This document shows positions 54,636 to 64,000 of a DNA stretch of 64,000 nt, in pieces. The stretch spans positions 1-64,000 of the forward strand of contig NIVC01000260.1 of assembly GCA_002269645.1 (NCBI GenBank), written 5' to 3'. The stretch's first letter is position 1; each line of letters starts with the position of its first letter. This DNA comes from Macrostomum lignano. Its lineage: Eukaryota. Under the pieces are notes generated by a model. That model worked only from the letters and a program-made list of their open reading frames with translations. It searched no databases and was not told where the DNA came from. Position numbers and translations under genes: made by a program.

Positions 54636-56976
54636 TTGTTTGCCTTTTTCAATAATTTGAGGCTGACGTGTTGCTGTAGGACTTAAGATTAATGCTTAGG
54701 CTGTAGGACTTAGCTGTAAAAAGTGTATTGGTGGTTTTTTCAAGTATTTCAAGAGATTTAACTCTATGCATGCAATCTGACATTATATATCTAATGTGTA
54801 AATCTCAACTGGTCAATTAGAAGTTGTTAGTAGACCAAAAATGATTACACTTGCCCTAATAGGCAGATATGCAACCAACAGCTCAGCCGCAGCTATTGTG
54901 TAGCGCATTTGAAGGCTACATATGGCTATTCAGTCCAAGGACTTAGGGGTTGCCATACATATCCTAAATTACCCCAGCTAGTGCTGGCACTTGTTTTAAA
55001 GTTGGGTGAACTGAAGCAATGCAGAGTTCAGTGTCTTGCTCCAAGTGGGTTAAGAATTGAATCTCCAACCTTTTAGTTATATCACTATATTAACCACTAG
55101 AACTTCCTAGTAGACCAAGCATCAAAGGGAGATTTAGAGCCAAGGTTAAGTAATTGCTTAAAAGGAGGCTTTGATACCAAAAAATCAAAGGGGATATAAC
55201 CAATTAATCAAATAAGCAAGCACTCAATTTTTAGATAATTGATAAATCTAGAAATTAATAATACACTTACTAACTAATCAGTTTATTTGCCAATAGATAA
55301 ACTGATAATAAACAAGGCAATGCTTTTTAGCTGGCATAGGTCAAATAAGCTTGCTTTTATTTAGCTAGTATTGGTCAAATAAGTTTATCACTATTCAACT
55401 GGCAGTATTACTCATTGCCAATCAAATAAGCTTGTCATTATTTAGCCAGCTTAGCTTATATTGATCTATTTTAGACATTAAAACTTTATATAAAATAATA
55501 ATAATAAAAATCAATCTAGTATAAATGCAAGATTTGCCCTAATTAGTTTGTTTAATTTTCTATATTTCTATATATCTATATTTCAAAATACTTCGAAATA
55601 TTTCAAAATATTTCATATTTTAAAATACTCTAAACAATATATAACCATTACCAAGTTGCCTTGCTTAATGCTTTAGCCTTAACAATTACAATTTATATTA
55701 TATATAAGGTCCCAACATATAAATTTTATAATTTAAGCTTTATAACAAGTTTATTTAACTGTTATTTGGTAATAAAGTAGGACTACTAGCTAAATAGTAC
55801 CAAGCTTATATGACTAGTCCCAACTAAATAAAAAAGCACTGCCAATAAACAAATAAATTATATCTTACTATAATAAATCACAACTAAAATTGATCATAGG
55901 CATCCTAGTCCTAAGCCTAAAAAAGTAGACCCAGAGCAGAATATAAGTCCTAGGATAAAAGATTGTAGAATTTTAAAAAAGAAATTAGTAAATCAAATAA
56001 AAATCTTTAGATTTTTAACCATATAATTCACCAAATAAAGAACTTAAACACAGTTGCGGCCTATAATGTTGGAGCTTATGGGTATATCTACCATGTCTGT
56101 TAAGCTAGCACATGCATAGCACATGATATCATGTACCTTGGCTTAGGCCTAGTAATCAATCTGCATCCTCATTCAAAATTTTCTAGATCTGTGATTTTAC
56201 CAAATTTTCTGGTGCAAATAGACTACTTCTCTAGCACACCTAGTGTAATTGACAATTGAAATTGACAATCAATTTGACAAATGGCCTAGTAGTATAGTAG
56301 ATTCCATTCCCTTGATGAATGATGACTTAATAAGTATTATTCTAGGGCCTATCAAATTTAAGAATTTTGCTGATTTTTATGATCCATAAAAGGTCTATCT
56401 AGGCTTCAGCCATTCCGAATTGAATTGGGTAACTTGGTAAGCTAGATCATACATTTTATAAAATTACTAATTAATTAGCATGAAATATAAATTAACACTA
56501 TAAAAATTCTGCATACATCTGCGTTCAGACTTCAGTGAGATCAAGATAAGAGAATAGGGCCTACTCTGACTCATTGATGCTACGTCACTGGCGAGAGAAA
56601 GAACCAGCCTATCAGCCTATAAAGACATTAAATGCATAATAAGAGGTAGGCAAAAATTCAGCTGTTTTGATAATTTTTGCAAGCAAGGGGTCCTTCAAGA
56701 ATTTTTGTAGGAATCGTAAACTCATTTTAGTGCACGTTGTCTATTGTATTTAAAACAAATGTATTACTTCTAGATTCGTAATTTTTCTCTTTCCCGAGTT
56801 TAAGCCTATTATGTTTTTAATTTAGAGTATTATTTTACTGTAAAAAAGTCATTAAAATGATTTAACTTTCTATCTTTAGTGGCAGTGGGACTTTCATATT
56901 GAGGGATCAAGTATAGTCCGGTGACTTCGGTAAGAGGTGAATATTGCTGAGCAACAGATTCGAGTTGTTAAAGATG

Positions 56977-57127
56977 CAGTAGCGCAACCAGAAATTTGTC
57001 GAATGGGGAGCGGATTTTGGAGGGTAAAGACCCCACGGGGGATGGAGAGGGTGGAAGCTTAATTTTGTATTTTGGCGGGGGTGGGCGATAGCCCACCGAA
57101 CTGGCCCCCGCCCTGGTTGCGCCACTC
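56977..57127. mobile_element. Possible ~150-bp MITE
   Basis: AGTAGCGCAACCAG / CTGGTTGCGCCACT 14-bp inverted ends (1 mismatch); no clear target-site duplication. Confidence 0.45.
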
Positions 57128-57680
57128 GAAATACACTTTATATAGTTAAACAAAATACTACTTTGGTAAAGAATGATACATGTACCACCAACTCTGGACG
57201 ATACTGAATTTCGAGAGAACGTCGTAGTGGCGCAAAAAAATATCGACCTGTCCTCATAGAAGAATTAAATAACATCATTACTAGAAACTTCACACAGATA
57301 CATTGGTAACTATAGCAATGAAAATCGATCTGTTTTGTGTGGGGTTGCAGCACAGCAATTGATTTCATTGCTGGCCTGATTAATGTACACGTACATGTAT
57401 ACACGTTTTACGAGTGTTTGTAGTAGTACGAGCGTATCAATGTATACATACTATACAATACATGTATTACACAGCCATACACGTGTTTTATTTAGTTTGT
57501 TATGCTACCGTAAATGTCAGTAAACTAATTAATAAGTCGATTAATCGAACTCAATTGCCTCAATCATGGCGGAATTGAGTTAGATTACACTTTGTATTAA
57601 TAGTGCAGTATACTTGCATTTGAACATTTAACAATGTAATAGCACAACACCAGTGTATCCGTCTATTATTGTTGCCACGA

Positions 57681-58023
57681 CTAATCAGTGACATCAGGAT
57701 GCCTCAGCAGCTCCTCTTTACGTCCTGAGTCCTTTACATCAAACAGCTGCATGCTGGTTCCTGTATGGTAGCCCCCAGGATAACTGCCACTGCCGCTTAC
57801 GCGGCCTCCTCCTCGGCCGCCGCCGCCGCCGCCGCCATAGTCGACAATTTCAAAAACTCGATTGCGAGAGCGCAACAAATCAAAGCCGCGCATTACCGTG
57901 TTGCGTCGGCTTAACGGAATCTGGCGGAGTACGGTGCTGCGCCGCTCTTGGAATCTTTGATGAGGAGTCAGCAGGGGTGTCAGGGATCATTGCTCAGTTG
58001 GCCAAGGTTGTCAACATAGACAA
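57681..58023 (-). CDS. Probable terminal exon of the orphan gene at 58.9-59.3 kb (Gly-rich), apparently frameshifted
   Basis: Acceptor CTTCAG at 58024; VYVDNLGQLSNDP joins LTPLLTPHQRF..YGGGGGGGRGG..PDVTD* if one C is restored; GC-rich. Confidence 0.4.
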
Positions 58024-58087
58024 CTGAAGTATTCGAATACATGTAGAAAGATGCTAAATGCTCGATTTCCTAGAAATAAGCTGCAAG

Positions 58088-58154
58088 TAGGGGTGTTCGG
58101 GGTTTCGGGGTTTTACCCCGAACCCGGAAAAAATGGAAACCTGAACACCCCCTA
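58088..58154. mobile_element. 67-bp hAT-type miniature element
   Basis: TAGGGGTGTTC(G/A)GG terminal inverted repeats, exact 8-bp duplication GCTGCAAG on both sides (58080-58087, 58155-58162). Confidence 0.85.
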
Positions 58155-58289
58155 GCTGCAAGTCGGTGAGGAATTCGTATATCTGTCGCATCGCCAGTGT
58201 ATTTAGTATGTTCCAGAGCAGAAGTCGGCATGCAAACTTTTTTTTACTTCATTTGGGCCAAGATAAAGAATCCTCCAGCTCATGGCTGC

Positions 58290-58482
58290 GAGCCGGATGA
58301 GAGAGGAAGGAGAGAGAATGGAAGATCTTCTCCTAGAAATAAGAGAGGAGATCGGAGAGATGAAAGACGTAATGTGAGAAAAGAAGAGAGAAGATAACAG
58401 GGAGAGAAGAGAGAGAAAGAGAGAGAGAGAGAGGACAGGGGAGAGAAGAGGGGAGAGAAGAGAGAGGAGAGAGACAAATTCA
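58290..58482. repeat. GA-rich low-complexity tract
   Basis: Seen directly. Confidence 0.85.
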
Positions 58483-58681
58483 GTGAAGAGTCCGATTTCT
58501 CGCGAGCGTACTAAATGCACTAAGTGATGCGACAATTACGTTCCTTCAAATCGAGTTTGCGACCTTCAGTTGTCCATGGGTGTCAATTGGGGAATCGCTA
58601 ACGTATATGGGAACAAGAATCGCACCAGAAGTGAACTAAGAATAATCACAACAAAGCAATCTTATACTATAAAAGAAAGGA

Positions 58682-58880
58682 GGGTTGTAGCCTCAGTGAT
58701 TAGATCGCGTCGGACTCGCGACTAAAAGGTCGGGGGTTCGATTCTCGATCCCACTCGGAACAATTTGTGTCCTTAAGCAAGACAGTGAACTTTGCATTGC
58801 TTCAGTTCACTCAGCTGTAAAATGGGTGCCAGAGCATTATAGCTGGGGTAATTGAGGGTGTGTGGAAAAGTAAATTGTCA
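58682..58880 (+). mobile_element. tRNA-derived CORE-SINE (MIR-like)
   Basis: A box (TAGCCTCAGTGATTAG) and B box (GGTTCGATTC), then TGTGTCCTTAAGCAAGACAGTGAAC..TGCTTCAGTTCACTCAGCTGTAAAATGGG, closely matching the CORE domain consensus. Confidence 0.8.
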
Positions 58881-58892
58881 ACTGGGACTCAC

Positions 58893-59323
58893 TTCTTAGC
58901 CGAGGCCAGCTCGCACGTACCCATAGCCGCTGCGAGAGATCCCAGCGTTAAAAACAAAATCCTCATGGCCACGTGCTTGACAATGTAGTGCACGCCCGGG
59001 CAGTGGGCATCCATCGGTCTGCCATCTTGAATGTCGGCGCATTTGATGCTCAAAGTGACGCCGAGTATTTTCACCGGCCTAGCGTAGAAGCTGGTGTTGC
59101 GGAAATGCAACGCCCGACTGTTGGCGTCGCTGCTGGTGTTCTGCCGCCAGCGCAACTGCGCCAGCTTCCGAAGTCGCCAGTCGATAGTCTTCAGAAATTT
59201 GATTGGCGACATTGACGGAGTTTCGCCCAGGAGGGCCAGTTGGTAGCGATCGCTGCTCTTGGCCTCGGCTGGGGTGCTCAAGACGGCGGCGTAGGCTAGG
59301 GCTATGATGCAGGAGGCTGACAT
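58893..59323 (-). CDS. Exon of an uncharacterised signal-peptide protein
   Basis: ATG 59323, MSASCIIALAYAAVLSTPAEA signal-like segment, GC-rich codons, donor GTGAGT at 58892; family not recognised. Confidence 0.55.
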
Positions 59324-59559
59324 TGTTGACTTCACGGATATTGTTATTAAATCTAGTTTTATTGCTCACTCGCTCAGTATTTAGCCACAGTAATTAAATT
59401 TGGTTAGGAGAGTTGCATTCAGCATAAACTTTAATACTGTAATATCAGCAACAACTTGTAGTCTATGGTCTTTGTTTCTAGAGTAGATGGGGGCTGCTAT
59501 TGGCTCAGAGATGTAGGTAAAGCTAGTAGTCACTAGTACATGTAAACAGCTCTCACTGC

Positions 59560-62192
59560 ACACTGATTGCAGGTTTATTGGCACCACACTGATTGTAGGT
59601 TTGGCGCCACACTGACTGTAGGTTTGGCGCCACACTGATTGTAGGTTTGGCACCACACTGACTGTAGGTTTGGCGCCACACTGACTGTAGGTTTGGCGCC
59701 ACACTGATTGTAGGTTTGGCGCAACACTGATTGTAGGTTTGGCGCAACACTGATTGTAGGTTTGGCGCAACACTGATTGTAGGTTTGGCGCCACACTGAT
59801 TGCAGGTTTGGCACCACACTGACTGTAGGTTTGGCGCCACACTGACTGTAGGTTTGGCGCCACACTGACTGTAGGTTTGGCGCCACACTGATTGTAGAAT
59901 TAGCGGCACCCAGATTGTAGGTTTGGCGCCACATTGATTGTAGGATTGGCGCCACACTGATTGTAGGATTGGCGCCACACTGATTGTAGGTTTGGCGCCA
60001 CACTGATTGTAGGATTGGCGCCACACTGATTGCAGGTTTGGCACCACACTGACTGTAGGTTTGGCGCCACACTGACTGTAGGTTTGGCACCACACTGATT
60101 GTAGAATTAGCGGCACCCAGATTGTAGGTTTGGCGCCACATTGATTGTAGGATTAGCGCCACACTGTTTGTAGGTTTGGCGCCACACTGATTGTAGGTTT
60201 GGCGCCACACTGACTGTAGAATTAGCGGCACCCAGATTGTAGGTTTGGCGCAACACTGATTGCAGGTTTGGCACCACACTGATTGTAGGTTTGGCGCAAC
60301 ACTGATTGCAGGTTTGGCGCCACACTGACTGCAGGTTTGGCGCAACACTGATTGCAGGTTTGGCGCCACACTGATTGCAGGTTTGGCGCCACACTGACTG
60401 TAGGTTTGGCGCCACACTGACTGTAGGTTTGGCGCCACACTGACTGTAGGTTTGGCGCCACACTGACTGTAGGTTTGGCGCCACACTGATTGTAGAATTA
60501 GCGGCACCCAGATTGTAGGTTTGGCGCCACATTGATTGTAGGATTGGCGCCACACTGATTGTAGGATTGGCGCCACACTGATTGTAGGTTTGGCGCCACA
60601 CTGATTGTAGGATTGGCGCCACACTGATTGTAGGTTTGGCACCACACTGACTGTAGGTTTGGCGCCACACTGACTGTAGGTTTGGCGCCACACTGACTGT
60701 AGAATTAGCGGCACTCAGATTGTAGGTTTGGCGCCACACTGATTGCAGGTTTGACGCAACACTGATTGCAGGTTTGGCGCAACACTGATTGCAGGTTTGG
60801 CGCCACACTGATTGCAGGTTTGGCGCCACACTGATTGTAGGTTTGGCACCACACTGACTGTAGGCTTGGCGCAACACTGATTGCAAGATTGGCGCCTCAC
60901 TGATTGTAGGTTTGGAGCCACACTGATTGTAGGTTTGGCGCCACACTGATTGTAGGTTTGGCGCCACACTGATTGCAGGTTTGGCGCCACACTGATTGTA
61001 GGTTTGGCGCCACATTTATTGCACGTTTGGTGCCACACTGATTGTAGGTTTGGCGCCACAGTTATTGCAGGTTTGACGTCACACTGATTGAAGGTTTGGC
61101 GCCACACTGATTGCAGGTTTGGCGCCACACTGATTGTAGGTTTGGCGCCACATTGATTGCACGTTTGGCGCCACACTGATTGTAGGTTTGGCGCCACAGT
61201 TATTGCAGGTTTGACGTCACACTGATTGAAGGTTTGGCGCCACACTGACTGCAGGTTCATTGGCCGCTCATTGTAGATTCTGCAGAAAAGATTAGAAATA
61301 TCTGCAATCCTATCTAGTAAACTGCACAGTAATTATCTCTGTCTGTCGTACATGCACATAATTTACTGCATCTGCGATTAAACACGGAATACTGTCAGTA
61401 ACTGTGATCATAAAACTGAAGCGAACTCACTTCACAAGGCAGTCAACTATTGCATACAGCACTTGAGCATAATCCGTTTCTCACTAGCTGCCCTGGATGG
61501 GGAAATAGTCGACATTGGCAGGTGAATCTTTTCAATTTCTTTTCGAGGCTTTGCAGTGCAGTTTGAGTCATTTTCAACAGCACAACACGCTAGCCTAGAG
61601 TAGTGCAGCTGCACCCTGTGTCATGGGGTCGAACCTCACAGTCAGTGTGGCGCCAAACCTGCTATCAATGTGGCGCCAAACCTACAATCACTTTGCGCCA
61701 AGCCTATAATTATTTTGGCGCCAAGCCTACAATTATCTTGGCGCCAAGCCTATAATTATTTTGGCGCCAAGCCTACAATTATCTTGGCGCCAAGCCTACA
61801 ACTATTTAGGCGCCAAGCCTACAACTATTTAGGCGCCAAGCCTACAACTATTTAGGCGCCAAGCCTACAACTATTTAGGCGCCAAGCCTACAACTATTTA
61901 GGCGCCAAGCCTACAACTATTTAGGCGCCAAGCCTACAACTATTTAGGCGCCAAGCCTACAACTATTTAGGCGCCAAGCCTACAACTATTTAGGCGCCAA
62001 GCCTACAACTATTTAGGCGCCAAGCCTACAATTATCTTGGCGCTAAGCCTACAACTATTTAGGCGCCAAGCCTACAACTTTTTAGGCGCCAAGCCTACAA
62101 CTATTTAGGCGCCAAGCCTACAATTATTTTGGCGCCAAGCCTACAATTATTTTGGCGCCAAAGCCACAATCAGTTTGGCGCCTAGCCCACAA
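59560..62192. repeat. Two related 23-bp minisatellite arrays in inverted orientation around a 387-bp spacer (foldback-like)
   Basis: Left unit GTAGGTTTGGCGCCACACTGATT; right unit GGCGCCAAGCCTACAACTATTTA; inner ends 61230-61251 and 61639-61660 are exact reverse complements. Confidence 0.9.
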
Positions 62193-62566
62193 TCAAAGAG
62201 GCAAGGGAAAAGGGAAAAATCTGTCAATTTGTTCACTTCCCAATAACACTGGCAACAGAGAAAAGCTGGCTCGCAAAAAGCAGTATTAAAAATCTAAAAA
62301 TAACTTTCAGCAAAAACTCTACCACTGAGATTCCGAGGGTCAGTCTACTTGGCGGGTTCAGGAGGACATTGGGCATTGATTTGGTTACAGGCAGGATTAG
62401 CGGAGCGGCAATGCCTGCCCCAAACAATGAGTATAAGAATAGAAGTAAATGGATCAAACCCAAACCCAAACCCATGTCCTTTTTATCGATCCAGTTCCGC
62501 AGCAGGCCCCGGTTCTAAAATTCTCGTATCGATTCAGCCTGCCGTGTCTATATTTAGGTTTTGAAA

Positions 62567-62576
62567 GTCACGTGAT
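62567..62576. promoter_or_regulatory. E-box GTCACGTGAT in the CpG-rich region upstream of the RASEF-like gene
   Basis: Motif seen ~500 bp before the ATG; function inferred. Confidence 0.35.
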
Positions 62577-63076
62577 CAGTCGAAGATCTGAGCCTTCGGA
62601 ATGTCTGCACTAGCGCCTTTAACCAAACTCTGCTCCCGCTCGGTCATTGTTTGAGCAGAAGTGCCGCGGGCTCAGATAGTTGCCATGGCAACTCAATCAG
62701 GAAAGCAGAGGCCCTATATCGATACGGCAGATTTGGGACTGGGAAAGCAGATCGATAATGTGATCGGCCAGCAGTGCACGGGGAACGGGGGGGGGGAGGG
62801 AGCAGGAGACGCGCGGAAGGCCGCCCCACCGTACACAGAGAGAGAGACTCCAAAACGAACGAAACGACAAAAAAAGAAATATAGAGAGAGGGAAAGAGAA
62901 AGAGAAAAAATATTTGCCAAGAAAAGTCGCCAGGAATTAAAGAAAAAAGAACTCGCTTCACTGAGAGAAGGCAGTGTGGAGCCAGAAATACTCAGAAATT
63001 TGGCTAAGTTTCCGCAGAAGACAAAAGCAATACTCAGATACAGCAAAAGTTCCTCAGCAACAGCGGCGGCAGCAGC

Positions 63077-64000
63077 ATGAACCGCAGCCTGTCAGCCTCA
63101 TCGGAGTCGCTGCTAGACGAACTGGCCACGAAGTCGCGCGTCCTGTTCGCCAACCTCGACCGCGACGGCAAAGGCTTCATCGATGCCGGCGAACTGGCCG
63201 ACTTCTGCACCGACATGTCCGAGGAGGAGTGCCAGCGCCTGTTCCGGGAGCTGGACAGGGACGGCGACGGCCGGATCAGCGTGGCCGACTTTCGCGAAGG
63301 CTTCCGCCTGATCAGCCGGACGGTGCATCAGCGCTGCGAGCATCACGAGCAGCGCCGACGCTCGTCCAACGCCTCCACCAACGGCCTGTCGCCCAAGCCG
63401 TACAGCCCGAACAGCTCCAAGGCCAACAGCATCGACGAAGTTGAAGAAGGCGGCTCGGCGTCGGCAGCTGGCGGCGGCAGGCGCTCCGGCATCAGCGACC
63501 CGGCCTCTCTGGGCGAGTGCCTGCAGAGCCTGAGCTGTCAGGACCAGGTGTTCGAGTTCTACCATCAGCTGGGTGAGGAGCGGCCCACTCTGTTGGACAA
63601 CTTCGAGACAGTCCTGGCCGAGCTCATGGCTGTTGTCAAGGCCCTGCAGACAGAGCAGCAACGCCTGGAGCAACTGCTCAGCAGCGAGCGCCAGCGACAC
63701 GCTCAAGCGATTCGCGACCTCGAAGTGGAAGTCGAGCACCAGCTGAAATCGGCTGAGCAGGCGGTCCTGTCCCGCGAACGCCAGGGCCTCGAGCAGGGCG
63801 TCCGCGACATGCTGGCCCAGCGAGATGTTGAAATCTCCAGTCTGAAGCAGCAGCTGGCCGCACTGAAGCAGCGCGCAGCCGAAGGTCGCGAGGTGGACAC
63901 GGAGACGGCAGCCTACAAGGCTGAGCTGGAGAAAATCCGCTCTGAGAAGAAGGCGCTGCAGCTGGACTTGAGCGGCGCCGAGACTCGGCTGGCCATTGTC
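63077..64000 (+). CDS. RASEF: Ras and EF-hand domain-containing protein (RASEF/Rab45-CRACR2 family), 5' part, runs off the window
   Basis: First ATG after an in-frame stop; EF-hands DRDGKGFIDAGEL and DRDGDGRISVADF, then LSCQDQVFEFYHQL..LLDNFETVL and a long coiled coil ending LSGAETRLAIV. The Rab domain is expected downstream and is not seen here. Confidence 0.8.
   Translation, partial: MNRSLSASSESLLDELATKSRVLFANLDRDGKGFIDAGELADFCTDMSEEECQRLFRELDRDGDGRISVADFREGFRLISRTVHQRCEHHEQRRRSSNASTNGLSPKPYSPNSSKANSIDEVEEGGSASAAGGGRRSGISDPASLGECLQSLSCQDQVFEFYHQLGEERPTLLDNFETVLAELMAVVKALQTEQQRLEQLLSSERQRHAQAIRDLEVEVEHQLKSAEQAVLSRERQGLEQGVRDMLAQRDVEISSLKQQLAALKQRAAEGREVDTETAAYKAELEKIRSEKKALQLDLSGAETRLAIV

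Noticed and set aside
58682-58756. Second tRNA gene
   Set aside because: Acceptor stem does not close and the sequence continues into a CORE domain, so it is a SINE head.
59381-61855. Repeat ORFs (APNLQSVWRQTYNQCGAKPTISV)n
   Set aside because: Translation of the 23-bp satellite; frames switch at unit indels.
62233-62475. 80-aa hydrophobic ORF resembling a membrane protein
   Set aside because: No family recognised, AT-rich, no supported splice partner; more likely UTR or promoter-proximal sequence.
63113-63900. Minus-strand ORFs and alternative-frame + ORFs over the RASEF exon
   Set aside because: Shadow frames of a GC-rich coding exon; the real frame is missing from the ORF track because it has no stop in the window.

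Overview
Eukaryotic (animal) genomic DNA. The GC-rich spliced exons and introns packed with 16-34 bp minisatellites suggest a flatworm such as Macrostomum (inference only). (1) 1-13252 is the right-hand ~13 kb of an AT-rich Polinton/Maverick (adintovirus-like) endogenous virus. It encodes the C-terminal part of the major capsid protein, a packaging ATPase, minor capsid, adenain protease, a repeat-shaft fibre with discoidin and L-type-lectin domains, several small ORFs, a protein-primed PolB and two core-like proteins. It ends in ...ACTACT against an (AGTG)n microsatellite. Most of its longer genes are broken by single-base indels that look like long-read errors. (2) A 7-exon nemo-like kinase gene (16479-23841, -). 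(3) tRNA-Arg(CCG). (4) A ~19.8 kb array of a 23-bp unit (27967-47730). (5) A 5-exon WAPL gene (48883-54635, -). (6) A tiny hAT-type MITE, a CORE-SINE, an orphan signal-peptide gene and a foldback-like inverted minisatellite pair. (7) The start of an EF-hand/coiled-coil RASEF-like gene (63077 onward, +). No CRISPR array and no rRNA were found.
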